Source: Phoronis australis (lineage: Eukaryota; Animalia; Phoronida). Taken from it: 64,000 bases of DNA. The DNA is taken from the NCBI GenBank assembly GCA_002633005.1, contig NMRA01000027.1:1327587-1391586 (forward strand), given 5' to 3'. Positions 25,623-37,149 of this stretch are shown one piece after another. Under the pieces are notes generated by a model. That model did not search any database. It saw only the letters and a list, made by a program, of their open reading frames with translations, and was not told the DNA's origin. A program made the position numbers and the translations under genes. Numbering within the stretch: position 1 is the first letter of the stretch; each line of letters begins with the position of its first letter.

Positions 25623-27215
25623 AGGCCACCCTGTCCCTGCCAGTCCTCACGAAGTCGGGGAGTCCCATTTAGTCTTCTTAAATTTGAAACAGCCGTTGGT
25701 CGCCGCAGCCGTGCCCCAGATGTTGTCTCTGCTTGAGAATGAGTCGTGATCACACAACCAAAGTAGTGAACTGTCGGAATTCTGGACCCAGTCTCGAATC
25801 TTTTTACTCGAAATGGAACTCGAAATAATGTTTGGCATTTTTTAATCTACTTTTGTGCGAACTCAAGATAAGTGTCCATTACTCAATGCTCGAATACATA
25901 ATGACTTACGTGGATGATTGATTAGTCCTAGTTTGCAGTTGACAAATCCAACATTAAAGCTAAAAGTTTGAGTTTAAACTCGAAATTTCGAGTTTTTACT
26001 CGAGTTTGTAGCACGCATATAAGGGTTTTTAAGTGCAAACTTGGACTAGAAACTCATATGCATATAATTATTCGAGCACAATCTGATAACCACTAATCTT
26101 GAGTTCGCATAAAAGGAGCAGAGAAATTGCCAAAAATAATTTCCAGTTTGTTTTGAGTACAAAGATTAGGACCGGGCCCAGGGTTTGGAATAGTGGAAAT
26201 TCAAAGTAGTGATCTTTAGAAGATAACGAACCTTCGGAGTAATGGGCATTGACTTCGGAGTATTTAACCTTCGTCATAGTGACATGGAACCCTGGAAATC
26301 TTTTCCATCTAGTTTGTGGCTCGTATGAAGTCTGCAGGGTTGTGCACCATTGACATTGATTGACTAGAGAAGATTTTCATCGACCAAAGTTGAGGTCTAT
26401 GCCTATCTTTCCATCATAACGTCAAAATGCTCAACGGTGTATTCTCAGTGCAAGAAAACACAGTAGTTGAAGGTCTGGATTTTAGCACGACGGAGGACTG
26501 CCTATAATGAACTTACTGTCAGCATGTGCTGAATTTAAAGAACAGAAACGTTCAAACGTGTACACGCATGCATGTCAATTCATCAATCAACAATCAAAGT
26601 GGACACTGGTTGAACAACATATTTGCATATTTGACGATCACTTTCAATTCAAAATTTGAAAATGCCTACACTTCTACCGTACTATGGTTGCAATGAAACT
26701 AAAAATAGCAGAAAAACAAATCCTAATTTTTCTGCTGTTTTGTTCCTTGGCCGAGTTTAAGGCATTTACACCGCACTACTTTTTGGGAGTTCTCTCGTTG
26801 TTAATTACATTAACATGAAGCTTACTTAGGTCTTTGGGCTAGACTTTTATGCTTAGGTATAGACATTAACTTCTGGACTCACTTGTTACCCTTTGTTTTA
26901 GCCACCACGGGCGTGGTTTATGAATAACATAAAGCCTCCTCTTATCGTATGCACATTCCTGTCATCTACACAAACAGCTGCACTTGGGCGAAGTTTGCCG
27001 GGTTCGGTCCGACGCCACGTGACGCGGTTTGAATCAGAAGCGAATTCAAAATTATTGCTAACTTAATTATCATTGTAGTTAGCACCAGTAGCTGCAACAT
27101 TTTTGTTGTTATTGTCCAATTAAACCCTATTTTTAACGAATATGCTGGGGGGTGGACCTTTTCAGCTGGGTCGGGGTTCGATCGAACCCTCCCCCGGTTA
27201 CTTGCTATGGGCCTG
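25623..27215. repeat. Composite dispersed repeat; diverged second copy at ~49237-50536
   Basis: Collinear shared blocks (GTTGGTCGCCGCAGC..GTGCCCCAGATGTTGTC; GGAAATCTTTTCCATC; ACAATCAAAGTGGACACTGG; ATGGGCCTG end). This copy has an extra TIR-bounded insert at ~25784-26179. Confidence 0.75.
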
Positions 27216-27692
27216 TACTATTAATGATAAAAGTAAAAAAGGTGAAGCATAAACTAGATTCTTTATTTAGTTCAACTGCAATTCAGTCACTATTTCCAAA
27301 CGTATTACACATAGTGGTTGGATACACCCTTCCCCAATATGGATGCCCGGATCCGTCGCCACGGTGGCTGAGCACCATATACAACATCTATGGATAATTA
27401 ACTCGAACGTGTTTTATATTCACTATAAAGACCAAAAGCGAACAGTTCCATTGCCCGCATATCTGTGAAATGGTTGTCAATCTAACTAAACTGAAAAAGT
27501 AATAGGACTCGTTATACCCACGAATCAGTTGTGAATAACATATTCGCAACATGAACAGAATTTTGTATCTACGTTACAGTTTTGATAGTTTCCACGAAAT
27601 CTAACACGGCCGTACGTACTCAATATCAGGTGCCGCAGAGGTGTTTTCAGCCTTTTTGGAGAACACCATATCAAACATAAAAATACAGACTG

Positions 27693-28037
27693 TTACAAAG
27701 AGAGGTCAACAAGCAATCTATTGAAGTTCTTCCTCGTACGTAGCACTGAGAACGCACCGTTTTCCAGCGCTTCACGTAATATTGGGTTTGCCAATTTCAA
27801 CTTTTGGCAAAACAATGTTCCCCATCTGGCGTAGTTTGGGCGGTTCAGGACAAAGAATACATCTAGCGTAGTCGGGAAAATGTTGATATAGCCACTGAAG
27901 TCATTGTTCTTGACGCATCTCTGGAGTTCTCTGTGGGCTCGGTTGATGAGAAAGACGAAGGTTGCCCAAAACTGACCAATTTTGCCAAATTTGCCATTAA
28001 TCACTGTGTGAAATGAAGGTAGATGGCGCGCAAACAT
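27693..28037 (-). pseudogene. Academ-like transposase fragment
   Basis: FFVLNRPNYARWGTLF...GAFSVLRTRKNFNRLLVDLSL resembles the recalled NYARW / GxFSVxRT / D(Q/L)xLEQ segment of Academ-type transposases; truncated. Confidence 0.55.
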
Positions 28038-29296
28038 AACGCAGGCGACAGCAAAAGACGGAATTTTTATTATTATTCATTTTAGCAGTTGCATCAAATG
28101 ACTCGTCCGAAAACAAAAGGACGCAGTTTAAACTGGTAAAATAGGACAACGAAAAATGAAAATTAGTGCAAACACAATGTGATATCCGTCTTGGACGGGT
28201 TTTTAGGTTTTGTTTTTAATAGTGAATTATGTGGAGTAATCCGCTGTTTTCGCATGGACTTGTGAGGTCGCTCCAACCTCAGGCGCGACTTTTCTGGTTT
28301 TCATGCCCTGACATAAACTTGCTGACNNNNNNNNNNNNNNNNNNNNNNNNNNNNNNNNNNNNNNNNNNNNNNNNNNNNNNNNNNNNNNNNNNNNNNNNNN
28401 NNNNNNNNNNNNNNNNNNNNNNNNNNNNNNNNNNNNNNNNNNNNNNNNNNNNNNNNNNNNNNNNNNNNNNNNNNNNNNNNNNNNNNNNNNNNNNNNNNNN
28501 NNNNNNNNNNNNNNNNNNNNNNNNNNNNNNNNNNNNNNNNNNNNNNNNNNNNNNNNNNNNNNNNNNNNNNNNNNNNNNNNNNNNNNNNNNNNNNNNNNNN
28601 NNNNNNNNNNNNNNNNNNNNNNNNNNNNCGGTGAATATTTTGCGACTGGTTTCAAGCGGTTACCTCTTGGATTGATCTAGCTCAATTTCTGCACCCTGTA
28701 TATGTTCGTCTGGCGGGTGCTCCCCACCACTGAAATTGTCTGGCAGTGACCAATTGTGATACAGTGGATGACGTAGCAGGTATTGAAGGCAGTTTTAAGT
28801 GGTTACCAGAAAAGTTGATCTAGCTCAATTTTTGAGTGTAATTCTCTTGGCTCCCCTGACCACACCCACCAGAGTGAACCTGCCAGAAGGCCATTTCCAA
28901 GCATTAGGATACCCATAGAGCACTGTGGCACCAAAGAAAATTGGTTACCTTTTCATGCCCAAAAAAGCTCCTGGATCCCGGTCTATTAAAGGGCGTGAAT
29001 GTTGTTTTTGCTTACTAAAGTCCAACTTAATCGGATCGCTTGATGAATTGTCAACCGTTTAAAAATATAGACCCAGACTTTCCCGTGCTTATATTTATTT
29101 ATTTATTATTTAAAATGAGGATGATCTCTTCAGTGATAGCACTGCTTTTTAAGAGGGCCATATGAGAACGAACTTTATCTCGGCAACTTCCCTGTTTTAT
29201 CGGCAACAAAGTACGCTAATATCTTACAAGCTGCTAGTGTCAAAGACCGAGTCTTGTCGCACCCCATAATATCGCGCATCGACTAATCAAAGAACA

Positions 29297-29430
29297 GGGT
29301 TGAGCTCAGTAACACTGGGACCTTGCTAAAGTCTAGCCAAAATCAGGTGCTCCCATTTAAAACACACGGCAATATCTCACCTAATATCGCTTGCTTTTTA
29401 GCGAAGTCCTAGCATTACTGAACTCTACCC
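29297..29430. mobile_element. 134-bp MITE
   Basis: Imperfect ~34-bp TIRs GGGTTGAGCTCAGTAACACTGGGACCTTGCTAAA and TTTAGCGAAGTCCTAGCATTACTGAACTCTACCC; several copies in the window. Confidence 0.7.
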
Positions 29431-29732
29431 AGACCTGTATGAAGTGATGCATATGAAGTGTTGTCTAAAGTAAGCGGGAAAATTTTGTACTGCATAATAC
29501 AAGGCTGTGGGTTGTAAATGTAAATTGCCTTTTCCCACAATTAATCATATCACGCAGTTTTCCAATCACTTTGGGAGGTGAAAACGAGGGCCACCAACTT
29601 TCCCAAATTCATCACAAATCATGTCTAATAATTGCTGTAAATTTGACACTTTTTAAAGTCAAGAGTTGACAACAAAAATAAACGAGTTTTCAAAATGACG
29701 CAACTTTTCTTTACACGTAACACAGTTAAAGT

Positions 29733-29915
29733 TTAATGAGGGTAAACACAGTTGTTGTGGTCAAGAATTGTAACTTTGAGTCCATCGTCCATGTATTCAC
29801 CAAGTCCTTGTTGCCTGGCAACAGCAAACATTTTATCAAGCTCCGCCTTTGGTACCTTGTTTAGACGATGGTAAAAATTAATGCCGGTGAAGATTATCTT
29901 GCTTGTGTTGGGGAA
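29733..29915 (-). CDS. Secreted lipocalin-like protein, exon 4 (last)
   Basis: TTTATTTCAG acceptor; FPNTSKIIFTGINFYHRLNKVPKAELDKMFAVARQQGLGEYMDDGLKVTILDHNNCVYPH-stop. SCR3-like Y.R, helix and C-terminal Cys fit the lipocalin layout. Confidence 0.85.
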   Translation of the reverse strand, partial: FPNTSKIIFTGINFYHRLNKVPKAELDKMFAVARQQGLGEYMDDGLKVTILDHNNCVYPH

Positions 29916-31161
29916 CTGAAATAAAAGTGAAAATATGAAAGTGAATGTAAAAAATCGTTAAAAACTGTATTTTGCCATGTTTGGCTGGCTAAAAACTTTT
30001 CAGATTTTGGAAGTGCTTTTTACGATAATGCTTCACATAAAATGAAAAGTTTATTTTGTTTGAGGTGTTTGCTTACTCCCCTCAAAGGCAGAACACTGCT
30101 AAGGATGAAGAATTTCGGTATTAGTCAGTCTGGTGTATTAAAGCATAGCTGCTGATAAGACAACAATCTGTTTTAAGTGCTGGCATAAAAAGTATTTCTT
30201 ATGTTTATAATTTGCTTGACTCGACGAACTTTTCAGTGTTATGCATCGTGCATGGTTTCTCTCTGCCATTAACAACTTTTGTGGATTTATGCAAGAAATT
30301 ATTCATTTTAGCGAAGATATATGCAAAAACCAAATCATGTTAACAAATACTGCGAATAAAAGTTTATAATTCCAATAAATTGAGGGCAAAAAATAAAATA
30401 AATGAATAAATAAAAATATTTAACAGCACATGATCTGAAATGATAACAACAAATACATGTTCTGGATTTATCCGTCTCATCCTTGCTCCCTTCATTTTGA
30501 TAGACCAAGTTTCAGATAAGTTTTCTCCTTGGAGTTGTCTCCACAAGCGACTTTCTAGTGTCCAGAGTTAGATCTTCGCCAAGTACTCAGAACTATTACT
30601 CCTTAAATAGAACTTTTTAGGAAGTAATACAATACATCACCTGAATATAATGAATTGCTTTATTAAAAAAAAAGGACCACATTGATTGCGTCCGACACAA
30701 TATCTGACATGATACTGGAAAGCCAAATGTTACACGCTGACGCCCAAACAGAATTGACCAGTAAAGAACCTGGTACATACACGTACTCTAACTTTATATG
30801 AAACTTACCGCTACTACTACTATACAGAGAAAATGTCACTGGAAGATGATTTAAATGATGCAACATTTGATGAAATGCGATAGTTTACAAGTGCCGGTGT
30901 GATTGGTTCCTATAACTGATTGTTGTAACCTGAACACCGATTGGTCATACAAGTACTGGGCGTGTCTCGAAACTCGCTGCATACACAAATACGCGCAGAT
31001 TGAATTTTGATACCGTCACCGCCTGAAAAAGTTTTGACGTGTACTCTGAGAGCATTGACCTGCCTTTTCAGCGGCCGATCGGCAAATCAGACGACAGATC
31101 TGCCTTCTTACCGAGATAACCCTACATCTCTGTGAAGTCATTTGTGGCTGGGGGTCTATTA

Positions 31162-31222
31162 CACGGGCGGCACACCATAGGGGGCTGAGGGAGCTATAGC
31201 CCCACTTTTTTCTATGCCCATG
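31162..31222. mobile_element. Tiny hairpin MITE family with CATGGGCGG(C/T)GCA termini (also 31816-31869, 36614-36689, tandem pair 53524-53668)
   Basis: 54-76-bp elements bounded by CATGGGCGGCGCA...TGCGCCGCCCATG with a shared CCATAGGGGGCT core; no TSD found. Confidence 0.65.
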
Positions 31223-31367
31223 GTGAAGGCTCGGGATTGGTTAAACTATTATTAACAGTTTTGCTCGTAAGGGTGCAGATGAAATGCCCTTTTGAACGCT
31301 CGTTTTTAGCATCTCGTGTGTCTTCTGATTGGAAATTCCACTTCTCAACTTGGTATAACTGCCTTAC

Positions 31368-31551
31368 CTCGACACACTGGAACTCTATTACCCATCTCCA
31401 GGTCTGCGTAGTTTTGTTCAGTCCAACGGCGACGAGAGTGTCCGGAAATATAGCAAAAGGCAGATAGGGCCAATGTCCTTTGAAGAAACCTTTAGTTGAC
31501 GTCACGTTGAAGCTCATGTGGTTCATGTAGGTTTTGTTGTAACAGTACAGA
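31368..31551 (-). CDS. Secreted lipocalin-like protein, exon 3
   Basis: ATTTCAG acceptor; (S)LYCYNKTYMNHMSFNVTSTKGFFKGHWPYLPFAIFPDTLVAVGLNKTTQTWRWVIEFQCVE, then GTAAGG donor; phases 2 to 0 are consistent with neighbours. Confidence 0.85.
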
Positions 31552-32239
31552 CTGAAATATAATGGCTGGAAGGTGAACTACCAAGTAAATCTATATAAAC
31601 TTTTTTGACGTTCTTTATATCTATTGGGACCTATGACAAAAACTATTCGTCCACGCTTCAACAAAGTATCAACGCGCCTGCTCATACCAACGTCACACAT
31701 TAGATCTAATCAAAATCATATTTAGAAAACGTGACGAAGATGCTAAGGTATAGCTAGACGTTTTCGGCACGCACGCACTGACCTCTTGACATGACACCAG
31801 GAAGTTTTCCTTCTGCATGGGCGGTGCAGCTATAGACCCCCCCCCGCTCCCTATGGCGCACCGCCCATGTTTTGCCGGCACACATATAGACCGGTATATA
31901 CAAGAGGCGCTCCGCACCGGTGAGAATATCAGGCATGTGTGCAACCAAGAAGGTTGCGGCAGTGGCCGAACAATCGGCAATAGTTCTCTCAAAGCTCCTA
32001 TAAGGCCGCGTTCCATCTTAGAAGCTAACTTTTAATTTATCCCAACTTGTCCCTTACTCGGATACAAAGTGAGTTTTGATCTTAATTTTAAGCCAGGTTT
32101 GTTTGAACTTCATGTTTATATCCAATCCAGAAATTTGCTTACGGTATTGGAATAAATAACACTCAACGCCACTGCATGTGATCATGTATTTTGCTCACTG
32201 TGGTCGCGTGTGTAACTACCTAACGACTAATCCACTTAC

Positions 32240-32347
32240 CTGAAATCGTCGAATATTTTGTTTTCTTTTGGTGAAAATCTTTTCACGGATCTTTGGCACC
32301 GGCACAGTCCGATAGGTTGCGTGAGATCATGGTATGCAAGCTCGTAC
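32240..32347 (-). CDS. Secreted lipocalin-like protein, exon 2
   Basis: CTTTTCAG acceptor; (W)YELAYHDLTQPIGLCRCQRSVKRFSPKENKIFDDF, then GTAAGT donor; completes the GTWYE (GxW) lipocalin SCR1 motif across the intron. Confidence 0.88.
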
Positions 32348-35300
32348 CTGAAAAGGGCCACCAAACATTGGCTCATGCCGGCTATAGTTCAGTCAAAGAT
32401 TTTATAGCTGGGATATAGTATCTTTGGTTCAGTGGCGTCGCCGGTGGAAGCTTCAGGTGTATAATAGTCACTGTTGGAGAGGAATCATGAACTTATGGAC
32501 ATAGGCTAAGTCTAGAGTAAGTGATTGCACTTGTTTTAGAATTCTATTGTGATCCGATCTCGGATGGTTCTAACAACAGCAGATATTATTCTTGGACTGC
32601 CACCATGTTCAGTAAATCTCACAAGATGGCGTGCCAGTACCCGACCAAAGGTTTCAGGCTCAGACAACGCACATCTGGGCAGGAGGTGGACCGAAACGGA
32701 CAAATTTGGGCAATTGCCACTTCCAGGGTTCCCGAATTTGAGAGTAAGTTTGATCCACATTATTTAGTGGAGTAAACTGGTTCTCAAAATGTGAAACCCT
32801 GAAAACTAAGTACCGGTAACCGTTTGGTACATGCATCATTGTTCATCATACGCTAGTAAAAAGTGCGTAGAATGACTATTCATTCAGTTTTTTGCTCGTT
32901 GCATCAAAAATCTTGAGAGCGCAGATAAATATGTAGACCTATACTAGGACAAAATAATTAGTGTTGTTATTGGCTAGCGAAATTCATTTTCCACTAAGGA
33001 GTGTTATTCTCAAAACAATCAAACTATAGCTTATATGACAATGCATTTCAAGAAAAGAATCTTGTGTGTACGAATATTTTCGAAACCATTCGTCAGCTCG
33101 ACATTGGAGCGATTCTTACACAGTCCGCATTACAGGCGAGCGTGAAAGGTGACCGGCCCTTTGCACCGCTAACACGGTTGAGGAGCCCATAGTGGGCGTC
33201 ATGAGAATTCAGGAACCAAGTTTATTGAATCAGGATTTTTGAAGTGGAAAGACTCTGGCAACGGGCCGGACTAACCGACTTGTAGTGTGAGTCGTTGAAT
33301 CATCAATTTTTTTGTAGAAATACAATTTCAGAAAAAAGAATGATTTGGAGTACCAACTTCATGTAGATGACTATAAGTTAGTCATTATCAGTCAGTTACC
33401 AATTATGAATCCTTGTTGGCCCGGGCGGGGGAGAAACTTTTTTTAAATAAAAGACCCCTGAAAGAGTTGCTTACTCGGGCAACCTTCATGTACTTCCAGT
33501 GCGCATTGGGTATTTCTATCCGTTTAGGGACATTTGCAGTGGTATTGGATTGTAACGAACCCTTCCGAGACCTTCGACTAAATTGAACCACATGTTACAG
33601 ACCAGATTCGTTCCTGTAAAGAAGTTCGACTGTAATATTTCAACACGCTATTTTAAAACTACTCCGGCCCCCGCACACTTAAGTGCCGGTAGACAAAATT
33701 TTGAATGCTAGTTAATTGCTGAATAGTTCTGGTTATGCTATTGAACAGCAGTACACTATTTACAGTGGCACATTTAGGGGGGGGGGGGGGGGGGGCAAGG
33801 GGGCCANATTTAGGGGGGGGGGGGTGGGCAAGGGGGCCATGCCCCCTAAAATTCTACCAGATCCCATTTTTGAGTTCGGGTGCGAATTGCTGACTAACTC
33901 AAAATCCTGGATCCGCCCCTGATTTAGTATATCAGATGCTAAAACTTTTCGTACCAATTGTAAAGATTTTTCAGAACAGTTTTTGAAAAGAGAAAACCAG
34001 ACAAAAATGTTCTGCTCAAAAGCTGTAGTTGTTTTTGTAAAAGGATTCATAATTCATTTGTAACTTTCTGTGATATAATATTTTGAGCTACGTTGATATT
34101 TTGTATTGAGTTGGTCGATTCCGCGCAAAGTTTCTGCAGACGCCACAAATTTTGGGCGCAATAATCTTCGGACCCCTAAGTGTTCGCTACGGACACACTA
34201 ACTGTTCCACGCAAGGCACAAATGCTTGTGTTAATTCCTTTGAGCATTGACGAAGGTCACAAAACAGACCATTATAGCGACAAATAATGTAACGGGTCTG
34301 ATGCAACTTAGCATTCGTTAATAGGAGTAAGTGACTAAGGAAACATTAAAGGCATAATTAGGGTTAAAAACAATCCATTGCCTGTTTATTAAATCACGCA
34401 ACTTTAACAATAGTGGATGATGTTTTCACCAGTTTAAATAACATATAGCAATTAGCTCAGTTGATTTGAAGCCGATTGAAGATGGCCAATCATCACTGGC
34501 TCCTGCAGTATTATTTAAAATATCATTCAAAGCCTGAATGAAATGATCTTTTCCCTAAAGGAAGCAAACTATCAAATTGATTTCAAATGGATTTCCAGTT
34601 AAATTGAAGGTAAACCACACAACACAATACCAATCACATTATAATACATAATCCGACCGGGCAGAGGGGCTCGAAAATTAGGATACCTACCATTTGGAGA
34701 GAAAAAAGTCACACTTGATCGAGTTTTGTAGCAGGAATGCCCCATTCCCAGAGGTTAATTTCGTAACCTTAAAACTGAGCTTGTAATTCCCAGTGAACGC
34801 TTTTGGAAAGAATTAAGTCACAAAAGGCACCCTTTCCGGGAAAAAATTAACGGAAATGACATCCGGTCGGAGAGGATCTGGTCGTAAAAAAGTCACCCTT
34901 CTAAGCAGCACAACTCGTAAACCTCTTTTTGGCAGTACCCCTTCCGGATAAACTTTGTTACCTTAAGTTACAATAGTAAGCAAAATTAACAAATATACAA
35001 AATCAGAACAAAGCGTTGTCAGAGGCNGGCGCAGGAATAACCAGAATTTCGCCACATGCGACGCCCAGCCTAAAATGTAGGGATGCGAGGTTCTCGAATT
35101 TTTGGGATTGTGGACCTTATTACTAAAAAAATACCGGTAAACGGGGTTTGTTCAGGGCCTATGCTTTGTGCATTGCCCCCCCAACCCTTGGGTGTGCGCA
35201 TATGCTACTCAGCAAGTTGCACCCCGAACTCCCAAATGATATCTGGGAGAATTTTATTTTAGGGGGGCATGACCCCCTTGTCCCCCCTAAATCCGCCACT

Positions 35301-35943
35301 GGTTGTGCTTCAAAAAATTATAAGGCATTTAACAAACTAGTTACGAGTATTTAAATACAATAACAACCAGCTTTAATCTTGGAGTTGGATAATTAACTAC
35401 AACTACGCTGTACAGCCGGTGAATGAATAGCAATGATTATAGTAATAAAAAGCATGGAAATTCCACAGAAATGTATTAATACAAGAAAATGCTTTGGTTA
35501 TGTCTTACTCCGTAAATTCGAAGATTTTTTCAGCTAAAATCTCTGAATATTTTCTTTTGTGCTTGGCGATCTGAAAGAACCGTCGTTTCCGGTGTTATTT
35601 AACTTCCTGGTTTGTCGTCAATGAACGTCTGGATATACGGTTTTTCAGTGTAACATCAATTTTGTGATACGTAAGACCACCCAAAGACAGTCAAAGTTAC
35701 CTCAAAACATACTAAAACACAAGAACTGCTGGCATGCGTACGTGTGACGTCAGCGGTCACATTCGTATGACAGTCATACGGTTACGTAATCTTTTACGTT
35801 CATGGACGAACTTTAACACGTCACTTCCTGCCACGGCGAGTGGATCAGATGTGACTGACCCGGCGGCGTCGCTTTTATCCGACGACTTTGTCGAAACTGC
35901 ATCAAAGCAATTTCTATTCGTCCCATCGCCATGAAAAACTTAC

Positions 35944-36092
35944 CAGGTTCCTTCGAACTTGGACATGTTGAAATTTTTAGCGACATAGTCCGTCTGGATG
36001 TCTGACGGCTTCGGGCACGGGTGGTTATATGACAGTGCGAGAGTCGCGATCGCCGACGCAAAAATGCCAGTGAATAACAGAGCGCACTTCAT
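35944..36092 (-). CDS. Secreted lipocalin-like protein, exon 1 (signal peptide)
   Basis: MKCALLFTGIFASAIATLALSYNHPCPKPSDIQTDYVAKNFNMSKFEGT(W), then GTAAGT donor; CP..P and NF...KF.G.W are ApoD-like N-terminal patterns. Confidence 0.88.
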
Positions 36093-37149
36093 CGTTAATG
36101 AGTCGGCAATATTACTACTTGTACGACCGACCTTATGACAAATGTAACCGGTCAGCTGATTACAGGCAAGGTTCAAACATGTGACAATTCAGTATCTCTC
36201 AACACCAACTAAAATCATAAGACGATCATACGATGAGCTATCTGAATACCTGTCAACTACCGCACCTAATCTCTAGGGGCCATGCAAGCTTAGAGGTCAG
36301 TTACTAGCGTGAATGTGCGTATACACACGTGTGGAGCACCGGCGGATGAGTATAGAAGGGTCCATGCAACTGCGATTCTGGCGGGGAAATATTTTATTTT
36401 CTGGCAGTGAGACACGACGTCAGTACTCAGCGTGGCCCTTCCGAACTGAGACAACACCCCATGAACTGGCTTTTTGCTCGCTCTAAGATCGACTTTCACA
36501 TACAAGTGTGCTCAGATGCACCCATATGGTACAGTTAAATGGTTAAGTGTACATGCCTGTTGGACAATAACTGTCTGTGAAGCCAAATTACGATTGGAAC
36601 GTATCTGACAGTACATAGGCGGCGCAGCACTGAAAAAAATTAAGTGGGGGCTATCAAGCCCCCTAGCCCCCTATGGTGCGCCGCCCATGCATTAGAAATG
36701 AAAATAAACGGCATTGTATGCACATGTTATTATTGCATTCAGTGACAATTTTATTAAACGTCACTGTCCTGTTCTGCCTTCAAAATGACCACCACCATGT
36801 CAACTTCAGCTTTTTCGCATCGTGTCTGGCCAAGAGAACAGGATCGCACTTCAGAGCATATCGACTCATTGAGTAAATGTTGTCTGATTTAATCAGTTCA
36901 GAAAGAAGTGCCTTCGTGGTAATTGACTACAATAGACACGTCGCAGCTCACGTCTGGAAGTCTCCTCACAAAAATTGCAAGAAGTATGTAGTACTGATAC
37001 AATTGGGAGAGAACCCACTGTTCTATTGGCAATGTTGTAGTGACCTAGGATGTTTACCAAGTCGCCAAACAAAACTTGGAGGTCACCAAATCAAGTACTG
37101 TACTATTATCATAATAGTATAGATCGGATCGAAATTTGTGAAAAGTTAA

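Noticed and set aside
33764-33921. Poly-G tracts as a functional G-quadruplex element
   Set aside because: Part of a small CAGTGGC...GCCCCTG MITE with a local duplication around an N; likely an assembly join.
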